DNA of 64,000 nucleotides, taken from contig CAZOZO010000001.1 in NCBI GenBank assembly GCA_964584315.1, forward strand, positions 84,225-148,224. The letters run 5' to 3'. The notes beneath the pieces are model-generated. The model was not told the DNA's origin. It did not search any database and was given only the letters and a program-made list of their open reading frames with translations. Below are positions 1-9,158 of the stretch, piece after piece. The position numbers and the translations under genes are program-made. The first letter of the stretch is position 1; each line of letters starts with the position of its first letter. Origin of the DNA: an uncultured Oscillospiraceae bacterium. Its GTDB lineage: Bacteria; Bacillota; Clostridia; Christensenellales; Aristaeellaceae.

Positions 1-970
1 GCCAGCGGGTGATCAGGCTGGGCGGAACGGGCTGCGCGCCCACATGCATCAACCGCCACTGGCCAAGCTGGTAGTCAGAAAGCTTTACATCGCCGCGCTC
101 GATGCTGTCGAGGATGTCCTGCACCCACGGCACCAGCAGCCACACGATGGTCGCCTTCTCGTCGGATACAGCCTGAAGCACCCACTCCGGCTTGACGCCG
201 CGCAGCAGCACGGCTTTGCTGCCAGCCAGCAAACTGCCGAACCAGTGCATCTTGGCGCCGGTGTGGTACAGCGGGGGAATGCAGAGGAACACATCGTCCT
301 TGCCCTGGCTGTGGTGGTGCTGCTCGGTCAGGCAGGCGCTCACCAGCGCACTCTGGCTGTGCAAAATGGCCTTGGGGAAGCCTGTCGTGCCGGATGAGAA
401 GTAGATGGCCGCGTCATCATCCTCCAAAAGCTCCACCGCTGGCGCGGTCGTGCTGGCGTAGACAATAAAGCGCTCCATGTTGTCCGCAAAATCGGGCGTG
501 TCGTCGCCTACGTAAAAGAAGTGGCGGATATGATCCAGCCGCTTCATCACCTGTGACACGCGGCCGACGAACTCCGGCCCCAGCAACAGCACCGTCGCAT
601 CCGACAGATCAAGGCAGTAGGCGATCTCCTCGGCGGTATAGCGGAAGTTCATGGGCACGGCCAGCGCGCCGGTCTTGAGCACGCCGAAGTAAAGGGGCAG
701 CCACTCGATGCAGTTCATCAGCAAAATAGCCACCTTGTCGCCCTTTTTGACCCCGCGGGAGAGCAGCAGGTTGGCAAAACGGTTGGCGCGGCGGTCAAAC
801 TCGCGCCATGTAAGCTCGCGACGGTACTTGCCGCCGGAGGAGGACTCGATCAGGCTATATTCACGCCAGGTGACGGTATGGTCGGGCTGCAGCGCGGGGT
901 TGATCTCCACCAGCGCGACCTCGTCGGGCTTGACGCGCGCATTTTTCTCAAGCAAGTCGGTAATCACCAT
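1..970 (-). CDS. AMP-binding acyl-CoA synthetase family enzyme, N-terminal ~320 aa (3' end outside window)
   Basis: Minus-strand translation from ATG at 970 (RBS GGAGG 9 nt upstream) gives MVITDLLEKNARVKPDEVALVE...YFSSGTTGFPKAILHSQ (AMP-binding SGTTG motif)...HTGAKMHWFGSLLAGSKAVLL. Frame stays open to the window edge. Absent from the ORF track only because it runs off the window. Confidence 0.6.
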   Translation of the reverse strand, partial: MVITDLLEKNARVKPDEVALVEINPALQPDHTVTWREYSLIESSSGGKYRRELTWREFDRRANRFANLLLSRGVKKGDKVAILLMNCIEWLPLYFGVLKTGALAVPMNFRYTAEEIAYCLDLSDATVLLLGPEFVGRVSQVMKRLDHIRHFFYVGDDTPDFADNMERFIVYASTTAPAVELLEDDDAAIYFSSGTTGFPKAILHSQSALVSACLTEQHHHSQGKDDVFLCIPPLYHTGAKMHWFGSLLAGSKAVLLRGVKPEWVLQAVSDEKATIVWLLVPWVQDILDSIERGDVKLSDYQLGQWRLMHVGAQPVPPSLITRW

Positions 971-1288
971 GTCGTTTTCCTCCCCTGTGGAGCACAAAAT
1001 GAGCATTTGCCATGATTATACGGCAGGGCGGAAACGTTGTCAATGCGAGTGGGCATCGGCGGACAGGCGATACAGCGAAAGAACGGCCCGCAAAGCCGGT
1101 CGCAGGCTATTGCCCGAGTGCCGGGGCCATCACAGCGCAGCGGATGGATGTGCAGGTTGCTTCATGTTTATGCAAAATGCCGCCAAGGCCATGCCAAGGC
1201 GGCGAGAGGCGAGCGCAAGCCACAGATTGCCCAACGTAACGCGGCAGAAGCAGGATTCGACGAATATGGGCTTAGGACCAAGCATAAG

Positions 1289-1921
1289 CTATATCGCGTG
1301 CACCGCGGCAACCAGTGCCGCAGCGTCCGGCACCTTGAAAAATGTGGTGCCCATGACCAGCGTATCCGCCCCCGCATCGACTAAATGCGGCGCGTTGTCA
1401 AGGTTCACGCCGCCGTCCACCTCGATCTCGCCTGCAAAACCCATTTCGCGCAGGGCGCGTATCTTATCGTACATAGCAGGGTTGAGCGCCTGCCCGCCAA
1501 AGCCGGGCTCCACCGTCATGACCAGCACCAGGTCGAGGCTGGGCAAAATGGCCCGCAGAGTGTCCGCCGGGGTACTGGGGCGCAGCGATGCGCCCGCTCG
1601 CAGGCCCAGCGTGCGGATGCGCGCGATGGACTCGGCAAAGTGCTCCGCCTCCACATGCACGGTGATGCCGCTTGCGCCGTTTTCAGCAAAAACATCCACG
1701 TATTGCAGCGGGTCGATCAGCATCAGGTGTACATCGAAGTACATGGCCACTTCAGCCTTCATGTCCCTGAGCAACTGCGGGCCAAAGGAGATGTTGGGCA
1801 CAAAAACGCCGTCCATCACGTCGAAGTGCACATAGTCCGCGCCTGTATCCCGTATCCTGCGGGCAGCCTCGCCCATGCGCATGGTATCCGCCGCTAAAAT
1901 CGACGGGGCGATCTTACTCAT
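1289..1921 (-). CDS. rpe: ribulose-phosphate 3-epimerase
   Basis: 210 aa, MSKIAPSILAAD...HFDVMDGVFVPNISFGP...VDGGVN; a full-length Rpe fold. 8-nt overlap with upstream rsgA. Confidence 0.9.
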   Translation of the reverse strand: MSKIAPSILAADTMRMGEAARRIRDTGADYVHFDVMDGVFVPNISFGPQLLRDMKAEVAMYFDVHLMLIDPLQYVDVFAENGASGITVHVEAEHFAESIARIRTLGLRAGASLRPSTPADTLRAILPSLDLVLVMTVEPGFGGQALNPAMYDKIRALREMGFAGEIEVDGGVNLDNAPHLVDAGADTLVMGTTFFKVPDAAALVAAVHAI

Positions 1922-2804
1922 ACCGTTTCCTCCACGCTTCCTTGACTTTGGCGAGCAGCTGGTGGTAGCGCGCGACGCGCGCGGCGGACAATTCGCCCGC
2001 GCGGGCGGCCTCCAGCGCCGCGCAGCCCGGCTCGCTCAGGTGGTAGCAGGGCTGAAAGTGACACAGCCCCTCATAGGGCGCAAAATCCGGATAAAAGCTT
2101 TTGAGCTCCACTGGATCCATGCGATCCCACAGATCCAACAGACTGAAGCCCGCGGTATCAAGCACCTGAAAGCCGTTCTGCGTATACAGCTCGGCGTGGC
2201 GGGTGGTGTTTTTGCCGCGCTCGATCTTGCGGCTCATCTCGCCCGAGGCGAGCGAGAGACCCGTGATGGCGCTCAACAGCGTGCTCTTGCCCACGGCGCT
2301 CTGCCCCGCGAAGCAACAGATGCCCTCGCGCAGCACGCTTGCGAGCGCATCAAGTCCATCGCCCCGCTGCGCGCTCACGGCCAGCACAGGCGCATCCGCG
2401 TGTGCATACTCCGCGCGCAGGGTATCCGCGAGGGTTTCGTCCAAGTCGCATTTATTGACAACGATCACCGGCGCGATGCGCTGCCGCCGCGCCAGCACCA
2501 GCATGGTATCCAGCAGCAGGTAATCCGGCTCCGGCTTGGGGGCAAGCACGAACACAAGATGCCCGATGTTGGCGACCGGCGGGCGGATCAATTCATTGCC
2601 ACGGGGAAGGATAGCCTCGATCCAGCCGTGCTCCTCACCCAGGGGCGGGGTAAAGGTAATGCGGTCGCCCACCAACGGGGTGATACCCCGCTTGCGGAAT
2701 ACGCCGCGCGCCCGTAGCACATGGACACCGCCCCGCGCGTCGCGCGCATAATAGAAGCCACCCACGCCACGCACGATCACGGCCTGTTCACTCTGGGCGC
2801 TCAT
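1914..2804 (-). CDS. rsgA: ribosome small-subunit-dependent GTPase A (RsgA/YloQ/CpgA)
   Basis: 296 aa with circularly permuted GTPase motifs (VVNKCDL ... GQSAVGKSTLL) and a C-terminal Cys/His zinc knuckle (CHFQPCYHLSEPGC). Conserved position between prkC and rpe. Confidence 0.88.
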   Translation of the reverse strand: MSAQSEQAVIVRGVGGFYYARDARGGVHVLRARGVFRKRGITPLVGDRITFTPPLGEEHGWIEAILPRGNELIRPPVANIGHLVFVLAPKPEPDYLLLDTMLVLARRQRIAPVIVVNKCDLDETLADTLRAEYAHADAPVLAVSAQRGDGLDALASVLREGICCFAGQSAVGKSTLLSAITGLSLASGEMSRKIERGKNTTRHAELYTQNGFQVLDTAGFSLLDLWDRMDPVELKSFYPDFAPYEGLCHFQPCYHLSEPGCAALEAARAGELSAARVARYHQLLAKVKEAWRKRYE

Positions 2805-4687
2805 TGCAGGGTCACTTCCTGCTCCGCGATCAGCTCGCCGTTCACATACGCGCGGCAGGGGAGAGGGCCGGACAGGCTGGAGCTGACGGGGATGATGATG
2901 GCGTAGGCATCACCCGGGTTGGTCATGCCGCTGTACTGCTCGACTTCTTCGCCGTCTTCCACGAGCGTCACGCGCAGCGGTACGCTCTGGCTGCCCGCAG
3001 GCACGTCCACCGTTATTTCCGCATGGAAAGCCTTGCCCTTGATGCCGATGGTGATCGTGACCTGCGTGTCGAGCACCGCCATGGTGCCCGCCGCGGGGCT
3101 CTGCGCCAGCACCGTGCCGATGGCGTCGTCCGATACGGCCTCGCCATACTCCACCTTGCCCACGGAGAGGTTGCTCTCCTTGAGGAGTTTCAGGGCGTCG
3201 TCATAGGTCTGTTTGGACAGGTCGGGCACGAGGGTGCTGCCGCCCGATACGGTCACTTCGATCTCCTGCCCCAGCACGCAGGGGTTGCCCGCAATCGGGT
3301 TCTGGCCGATCACGGTATCGACGGCCTCTGTGGAGGGACTCTTGAACACCACCATGCTAAGGCCCATCTCCTTGAGCTTGGCGGTCGCGTCCGCACGGCT
3401 CAGGCCCATCAGATCCGGTGTGGTCAGCTGCGTGGGGCCAAGGCTCACGGTCACGACCACGCTGTCTCCCTTGCTCATGTCCGAATCGGCCTCGGGCGTT
3501 TGCGATATCACGGTGCCCGCGGGGGCTTGGTCGTGGTAGACCTCGTTCTGCTGCCAGTTGAGACCCTCGCGCTTGACCAGCGCCTGCGCCTCGGTCACGG
3601 TAAGGCCTACCAGATCGGGCGCGATGGCACTGTCGGTCACATTGCGCACGATGCTGACCACGCCGATCACCAGCGCGAAAAACACCATGACGCCGGTTGC
3701 GACGGTAAGCCCCGCAGAGATGCGCTTGCGACGCTTCAAAAGGGCCCTCATGCGCGCGGTCTGGCTGCCCGCACCCTGACGCTGCGGGGGCATGGCGGGG
3801 CGAGGCTTGACGGGCTGCTGGGGGCCGGGCATGGGTGCGCGCTCCGGCGTGGAGGTAGCGTCCTCCTTGCCCTCCTTGGCTTTCAGCAGCGCATCGGCCA
3901 TTTCGCGGGCGGACTGATAGCGCTTTTTGGGCGATTTTTCCAACGCGCGCATGAGCACCGATATCACGGCGGGCGGCACGCTGGGGTTAAAGTCGGTCAC
4001 GGGCGGCGGCGCGGCGTTGATCTGCTGCATGGCCACCGATACGGGCGTATCGCCCACGAACGGTACACGCCCGGTGAGCATCTCATAGAGCACGATACCG
4101 GTAGAGTAGATATCGCTGGTGGCTTCCACCACACTGCCGGTGGCCTGCTCGGGCGAGGAATAGTGCACCGAGCCTACCACCGTATCGCCCTTGCTGATGG
4201 TAAAAGCGTTGGTCATGCGCGCAATGCCGAAATCCGCCACCTTAATGTGGCCATCCGCATTGACGAGCACGTTCTGCGGTTTGATATCGCGGTGGATGAT
4301 GCCGTTTTCATGCGCGTGTTGCAAGGCGCTCAAAATGCGCACCGTGATCTGAATGGCCGTGTTCGTGTTGAGCTGGCCGCGCTTTTGAATGATCTCCTTC
4401 AGCGTGCTACCGCTGACATACTCCAGCACCAGATAGCGGAACTCGCCCTCCACACCCACATCCAGGAGGTTTACGATATTGTGATGCGACATAAGGCTCG
4501 CCGCCTGCGCCTCGCGCTGGAAGCGTTCGAGAAATTCCTTGTCGCTGTTGTACTCGGATTTCAGGATTTTGATGGCGACGCTGTGGCCCGTACGGATATC
4601 CACCGCGCGGTACACCAGCGACATGCCGCCCTGGCCGATGAAATCCACCAGCTTATAGCGGTCGGCAAACACCATGCCTTTCATCAT
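2801..4687 (-). CDS. prkC: Ser/Thr protein kinase with extracellular PASTA repeats (PrkC/PknB/StkP type)
   Basis: 628 aa: Hanks kinase domain (GQGGMSLVYRA...VAIK, HRDIKPQNVL, DFGIA), Pro-rich linker, one TM segment, then repeated PASTA-like modules. 4-nt overlap with rsgA and with prpC. Confidence 0.9.
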   Translation of the reverse strand: MMKGMVFADRYKLVDFIGQGGMSLVYRAVDIRTGHSVAIKILKSEYNSDKEFLERFQREAQAASLMSHHNIVNLLDVGVEGEFRYLVLEYVSGSTLKEIIQKRGQLNTNTAIQITVRILSALQHAHENGIIHRDIKPQNVLVNADGHIKVADFGIARMTNAFTISKGDTVVGSVHYSSPEQATGSVVEATSDIYSTGIVLYEMLTGRVPFVGDTPVSVAMQQINAAPPPVTDFNPSVPPAVISVLMRALEKSPKKRYQSAREMADALLKAKEGKEDATSTPERAPMPGPQQPVKPRPAMPPQRQGAGSQTARMRALLKRRKRISAGLTVATGVMVFFALVIGVVSIVRNVTDSAIAPDLVGLTVTEAQALVKREGLNWQQNEVYHDQAPAGTVISQTPEADSDMSKGDSVVVTVSLGPTQLTTPDLMGLSRADATAKLKEMGLSMVVFKSPSTEAVDTVIGQNPIAGNPCVLGQEIEVTVSGGSTLVPDLSKQTYDDALKLLKESNLSVGKVEYGEAVSDDAIGTVLAQSPAAGTMAVLDTQVTITIGIKGKAFHAEITVDVPAGSQSVPLRVTLVEDGEEVEQYSGMTNPGDAYAIIIPVSSSLSGPLPCRAYVNGELIAEQEVTLQ

Positions 4688-5394
4688 CCAGCGCTCACCT
4701 CCGTCACGCAGCCCAGCACAAGGCTCACGTTATCGTGGCCGCCGTGCGCCAGCGCCAGCTCCAGAAGCTTGTCTGCCGCGCGCTCGCCCTCCAGCGAGGC
4801 CAGCGTTTCGGCGATCTCTGCGTCCTCCAGCATGTTGTAGAGACCGTCGGAACAGATAAGCCATACGTCGCCAGTTTGCTTTTCCACACGCAAAAGATCG
4901 GGTTCGACAGCGGGGTCGGTACCCAGCGCGCGGGTAATTACACTGCGGTAGGGGTGCGTCTTGGCCATCTCCGGGGTGATCACGCGGTTGCGCACCAGTT
5001 CCGCCACAACGCTGTGATCGTCAGTGCGGCAAGCAAGCGCGCCATCGCGGAAGAGATAGGCGCGACTGTCGCCCACATGGCCGATGAGCATCTCCGTGCG
5101 GCCTTCCCACAGCATGGTGAGCGTGGTGCCCATGCCAGCCAGGGCCAACTCGTGCCGCTGCATGTCGAAAATGCGGCGGTTGGCGGCCTCGATGCTGATG
5201 CGCAGGGAGTTTTCTTCCGGCGTTTTGCCTTGCAGCACATTGCGCACCACCTGCACAGCGATGCGGCTTGCCGTTTCGCCGCCGCGGTGGCCACCCATGC
5301 CGTCGGCCACGCCATACAGGTTATGCGCCACCAGCAGTGAATCCTGATTGGAGGGGCGCACAAGCCCTTTGTGCGTCTTGGCATAAATCAGCAT
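4684..5394 (-). CDS. prpC: PP2C-family Ser/Thr phosphatase (Stp/PrpC)
   Basis: 236 aa, GVADGMGGHRGGETAS...DGLYN; PPM metal-binding motifs. Cognate partner directly upstream of prkC. Confidence 0.88.
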   Translation of the reverse strand: MLIYAKTHKGLVRPSNQDSLLVAHNLYGVADGMGGHRGGETASRIAVQVVRNVLQGKTPEENSLRISIEAANRRIFDMQRHELALAGMGTTLTMLWEGRTEMLIGHVGDSRAYLFRDGALACRTDDHSVVAELVRNRVITPEMAKTHPYRSVITRALGTDPAVEPDLLRVEKQTGDVWLICSDGLYNMLEDAEIAETLASLEGERAADKLLELALAHGGHDNVSLVLGCVTEVSAG

Positions 5395-5436
5395 GGCGAC
5401 CCTCCTTCACGATGGATTTTTGGGCTGGAAAGAACC

Positions 5437-6507
5437 TCAGGTGTTGATGATATCAGCTTTTTGAGCTTCTTTCAAGTGCTGGTTGCGAAGTTGGCCGCAC
5501 GCGCCCGCAATGTCCGCGCCCATTTCGCGGCGCACGGTGGCGGAGACATGCAACGCCTCCAGCGTATCCAGGAAGGTTTGCACCGCGCGCGGCGAGGCGG
5601 GCGCAAGACTGCGCTCGTCCACACGGTTGAGCGGGATCAGGTTGACGTGGCACTGCAGGCCGGAGACGAGGTGCGCCAGTTCCCGCGCATGAGCCGGGGT
5701 ACTGTTGAGCCCGTCGATCAGCGCGTACTCAAACACCACGCGGCGGCCCGTCTGCTTCACATACTCGCGCACGGAGGCCATCAGTTCGCCAATGGGGTAG
5801 CGGCTTGCGATGGGCATGATGCGGCGGCGGATCTCGTCGTTGGGCGCGTGCAGCGAGATGCTCAACGTGATGGGCAGCCCCTCGCCCGCAAGCTGGCGGA
5901 TGCGGGGCACGATGCCGCAAGTGCTGACCGATATGGCGCGCAGGCTGATGTTGAGCCCATCCGCATGGTTGATGAGGCGCAGGAAACGCACGACGTTCTC
6001 ATAGTTGTCCAGCGGCTCGCCGCTGCCCATGAGCACAACGTGGCTTACCTTGCCTGCTACGCCAAGGTAGCGGTTGGCCAGCAGCACCTGCGCGAGCATC
6101 TCGCCCGCGCTCAGGCTGCGAACACAGCCGTTGAGCGTGCTGGCACAGAAGGCGCAGCCCATTTTGCACCCCACCTGGGTGGAGATGCACAGGCTGTAGC
6201 CGTAGTGGTACTGCATCAGCACGCTTTCGACGATGTTGCCGTCCGCGCAGGCATTGAGGAATTTGACGGTCTTGTCCTTTTGCGAGGGGAAGCTCTGGTG
6301 CAGGCGCAGGGGCAGGTCATAGGCCTTGGCTGCAAGCGTCTCGCGCAGGGTTTTGGGCAAGTTGCTCATGTCTATGAAGCTTACGCCGCGGTGCAGCCAC
6401 GTAAAGATCTGCCTGGCACGGAAAGCGGGCTCGCCAAGCTCCGTGAGGAACGCGCCGAGCTCCGCCATGTCCATATCGAGCAGAATGGGTTTGTCCGCCA
6501 TGGTCAT
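5437..6507 (-). CDS. rlmN: 23S rRNA (adenine2503-C2)/tRNA dual-specificity radical-SAM methyltransferase RlmN
   Basis: 356 aa, radical SAM CxxxCxxC (CKMGCAFCAST), C-terminal catalytic Cys region. Conserved position downstream of rsmB. Confidence 0.88.
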   Translation of the reverse strand: MTMADKPILLDMDMAELGAFLTELGEPAFRARQIFTWLHRGVSFIDMSNLPKTLRETLAAKAYDLPLRLHQSFPSQKDKTVKFLNACADGNIVESVLMQYHYGYSLCISTQVGCKMGCAFCASTLNGCVRSLSAGEMLAQVLLANRYLGVAGKVSHVVLMGSGEPLDNYENVVRFLRLINHADGLNISLRAISVSTCGIVPRIRQLAGEGLPITLSISLHAPNDEIRRRIMPIASRYPIGELMASVREYVKQTGRRVVFEYALIDGLNSTPAHARELAHLVSGLQCHVNLIPLNRVDERSLAPASPRAVQTFLDTLEALHVSATVRREMGADIAGACGQLRNQHLKEAQKADIINT

Positions 6508-9158
6508 GCCCTCGCCTTGCGCATGCGCGCGATGAAGAACCCCTCCACCCCGTCGCGGTGCGCGAACAGCTGCAAACCGCTCTCCGTGTACTGACTGCGG
6601 ATGTCCTCGGGGTAGGTGGCGGGCAGCGGCGCGAGGCTGAACTCAGGATGCGCCGCGAGGAATGCCTGCACCTGTTGCGCGTTTTCCTCCGGCAGGATGG
6701 AACAGGTGCTGTACACCAGCGTGCCGCCGGGCTTCACATAGGCGCACAGGGTATTGAGCAGTTTCTTCTGGTTCTCCACGATGGGCTCGATGTCGGTCTC
6801 CTTCAAGCGGTACTTGAGATCCGGCTTCTCAGTGAGCACGCCCAGCCCGGTGCAGGGCGCATCCAGCAGCACACCGTCCATCATGCCGTCAAAATCGGGC
6901 TTGGGCTCGGCCGCGTCGCGGATAGAGATGCGCAGGTTTTCCAGCCGCAGGCGGCGCTGGGCGGATTCCAGCAGCAGTGCGCGCTTCTCGTGCAGCTCCC
7001 AGGCGAATACGCGGCCCGTGTTCTGCATGGTCTCGGCCATATAGCAGGCCTTGCCTCCGGGGGCCGCGCATGCATCCAGCACGCGCATGCCGGGCTTCAC
7101 CTGCATGACCTCGGCGGCCAACATGCTGCTCTGCCCCTGAATGGAGAAGTTACCGTCGCGATAGTCGTTATCCAGCGCGATCTCGCTGGCACCGCCGATC
7201 AGGTAGGCGTGCGGGGCCAGCCCGCGCCGCCACGACCATGCCTTGGTGCTGAGCAGCGCCTCAAAGGCCTCGTCGCTGAACTTCATCATATTGGGGCGCA
7301 GCACCATGTCGTGGCTCTGCCCGCGGTGCATGATGATCTGCTCCGCCAGTTCCTCGCCGTAGGTAGCGGTCAGTTTGTCGACCAGCCAAAGCGGCGCGCT
7401 GCCCATGATGTGCAGATAGTCGCGCAGGCCGTCCTCCCGCTTGGGCCAGGGAATCTCGTCCTTGCCGCGCACAAGGTTGCGCAGCACGGCGTTCAGGAAC
7501 CCTGCTGCACCCTCCATGCCCAGCGCGCGCGCAAGGTTTACACCCTCGTTGACGGCGGCACTGTCCGGCACGCGGTCGTGGAAGAGAATCTGGCAGGCGC
7601 TCAGCCGCAGGATATCGCGTTGCATCGGCTCGCTGGTGGGGTGATCCATCAGGCGATCAAGCGCGAAGTCGATCTGTATCTGCTGCTCAAGCGTGGAATA
7701 GACGATGCTGGTGGTGAGCCTGCGATCCGCGGGGGAGAGATGCGCCTTGGTGAGCCGATCTTGCAAAGCAAGAGAGGCATAGGCACCGCGCTCGTGCACG
7801 TCGCGCAGCACATCCAGCGCCACGCGGCGCGCGCCCGGCGTCAGGCCTGTGCGCTCGACAGGCTCAGCAGTATCCCGGAAGGGCTTGCGCTCACCGGCGC
7901 CAAAACTGGGCGCAGCCTTATAATCCCGGCGCTTGGTCATGCCATAACCGCCAGCGGGCCTGAAGGGGCGGCGCTCGCCATCACCGGCAGGGGTGTAAGG
8001 ACGTTGCACACCATCACCAGCGGGACTGAACGGACGACGTTCGCCGTTACCGGCGGGACTGAAATGACGGCGCTCACCGTCACCAGCGGGCCTGAGGGGG
8101 CGGCGCTCGCCATCACCGGCAGGCCTGAATGGACGGCGCTCACCATTATCGGCGGGATTGAAAGGACGACGCTCGCCATCACCAGCGGGCTTGAAGGGGC
8201 GACGTTCGCCGTTACCGGCGGGATTGAAGGGGCGACGTTCGCCGTTACCGGCGGGATTGAAAGGACGACGCTCACCGTCACCAGCAGGCCTGAATGGACG
8301 ACGTTCGCCGTTACCGGCGGGATTGAAAGGACGGCGCTCACCATCGCCAGCAGGTCTGAAGGGACGGCGCTCGCCATCGCCAGCAGGCTTGAAGGGGCGA
8401 CGTTCGCCGTTACCGGCGGGACTGTAAGGACGACGCTCACCATCGCCAGCGGGCTTGAAGGGGCGACGTTCGCCATCCCCAGCGGGCTTGAAAGGACGGC
8501 GTTCACCATCACCAGCAGGTCTGAAGGGACGGCGTTCGCCATCGCCAGCGGGCTTGTAAGGACGGCGCTCGCCGTTACCGGCAGGATTGAAAGGACGACG
8601 CTCACCATCACCAGCGGGCCTGAACGGACGACGTTCGCCGTTGCCAGCGGGACTGAATGGACGGCGCGCGCCATCGCCAGCGGGCTTGAAGGGGCGACGC
8701 TCACCATCGCCAGCGGGCTTGTAAGGACGGCGCTCGCCATCGCCAGCGGGCTTGAAGGGGCGACGTTCGCCGTTACCGGCGGGACTGTAAGGACGACGCT
8801 CACCATCGCCAGCGGGCTTGTAAGGACGGCGCTCGCCATCGTCAGCAGGTCTGAAGGGACGTCGTTCGCCATCGCCAGCGGGCTTGAAGGGGCGACGTTC
8901 GCCGCTACCAGCGGGACTGTAAGGATGTCGTTCGCCATCGCCAGCGGGCTTGTAAGGACGGCGCTCGCCATCGCCAGCGGGCTTGAAAGGCCGACGTTCA
9001 TCCGCGCCTGCGCCCCCTGCCGGTCTGCCGTAAGGCCGTTCGCCACCGTCGGCTCCGGCGGGCCGATAGGGCCGCTTCTCGCCTGCATTGTAAGGTTTAT
9101 GCCCCTGATAGCCGCCCTTGCCGTCGCGCCCGCCCCTGTGGTTGCCCTGATCGCTCAT
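6504..9158 (-). CDS. rsmB: 16S rRNA (cytosine967-C5)-methyltransferase RsmB/Sun with ~400-aa N-terminal Pro/Gly/Arg/Glu-rich tandem-repeat extension
   Basis: C-terminal ~450 aa carry a NusB-like domain (ARRVALDVLRDVHERGAYASLAL) and a SAM-MTase/NOL1-NOP2-Sun core (LDACAAPGGK, DAPCTG, TLVYSTCS). N-terminal ~400 aa are ~33 copies of PAGDGERRP[FY][KRSN]. ATG at 9158 overlaps the fmt stop as ATGA. An in-frame alternative Met near 7940 would give a canonical-length RsmB. Confidence 0.75.
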   Translation of the reverse strand: MSDQGNHRGGRDGKGGYQGHKPYNAGEKRPYRPAGADGGERPYGRPAGGAGADERRPFKPAGDGERRPYKPAGDGERHPYSPAGSGERRPFKPAGDGERRPFRPADDGERRPYKPAGDGERRPYSPAGNGERRPFKPAGDGERRPYKPAGDGERRPFKPAGDGARRPFSPAGNGERRPFRPAGDGERRPFNPAGNGERRPYKPAGDGERRPFRPAGDGERRPFKPAGDGERRPFKPAGDGERRPYSPAGNGERRPFKPAGDGERRPFRPAGDGERRPFNPAGNGERRPFRPAGDGERRPFNPAGNGERRPFNPAGNGERRPFKPAGDGERRPFNPADNGERRPFRPAGDGERRPLRPAGDGERRHFSPAGNGERRPFSPAGDGVQRPYTPAGDGERRPFRPAGGYGMTKRRDYKAAPSFGAGERKPFRDTAEPVERTGLTPGARRVALDVLRDVHERGAYASLALQDRLTKAHLSPADRRLTTSIVYSTLEQQIQIDFALDRLMDHPTSEPMQRDILRLSACQILFHDRVPDSAAVNEGVNLARALGMEGAAGFLNAVLRNLVRGKDEIPWPKREDGLRDYLHIMGSAPLWLVDKLTATYGEELAEQIIMHRGQSHDMVLRPNMMKFSDEAFEALLSTKAWSWRRGLAPHAYLIGGASEIALDNDYRDGNFSIQGQSSMLAAEVMQVKPGMRVLDACAAPGGKACYMAETMQNTGRVFAWELHEKRALLLESAQRRLRLENLRISIRDAAEPKPDFDGMMDGVLLDAPCTGLGVLTEKPDLKYRLKETDIEPIVENQKKLLNTLCAYVKPGGTLVYSTCSILPEENAQQVQAFLAAHPEFSLAPLPATYPEDIRSQYTESGLQLFAHRDGVEGFFIARMRKARA
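7950..9010 (-). repeat. ~33 tandem copies of a 36-nt unit (in-frame, encoding the 12-aa repeat PAGDGERRPF/Y-K/R/S/N) inside the rsmB 5' region
   Basis: Direct reading shows near-identical consecutive 36-mers (e.g. gggcgacgttcgccgttaccggcgggattgaag repeated back to back at ~8195-8266). Unit length is a multiple of 3, so copy-number change preserves frame. Confidence 0.85.

Noticed and set aside
2804-4840. 678-aa plus-strand ORF (and similar long ORFs at 5371-6594, 6558-9305, 10737-12530, 19557-20699, 32058-33107, 33201-34451, 35337-36779, 36577-37746, 37982-39607, 40349-41326, 44619-45929, 48807-50825, 55739-57184, 58175-59347, 60468-61574, 61316-63505)
   Set aside because: Each lies antisense to a gene with clear homology-quality motifs. 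In a ~62% GC genome stop codons are rare, so long antisense frames are expected. Their translations are low-complexity Arg/Ala/Gly/His-rich with no recognisable domains.
7950-9010. CRISPR array?
   Set aside because: It is regularly spaced 36-nt tandem units, but there are no unique spacers between repeats; the units are directly adjacent and in frame within rsmB, and no cas genes are present.
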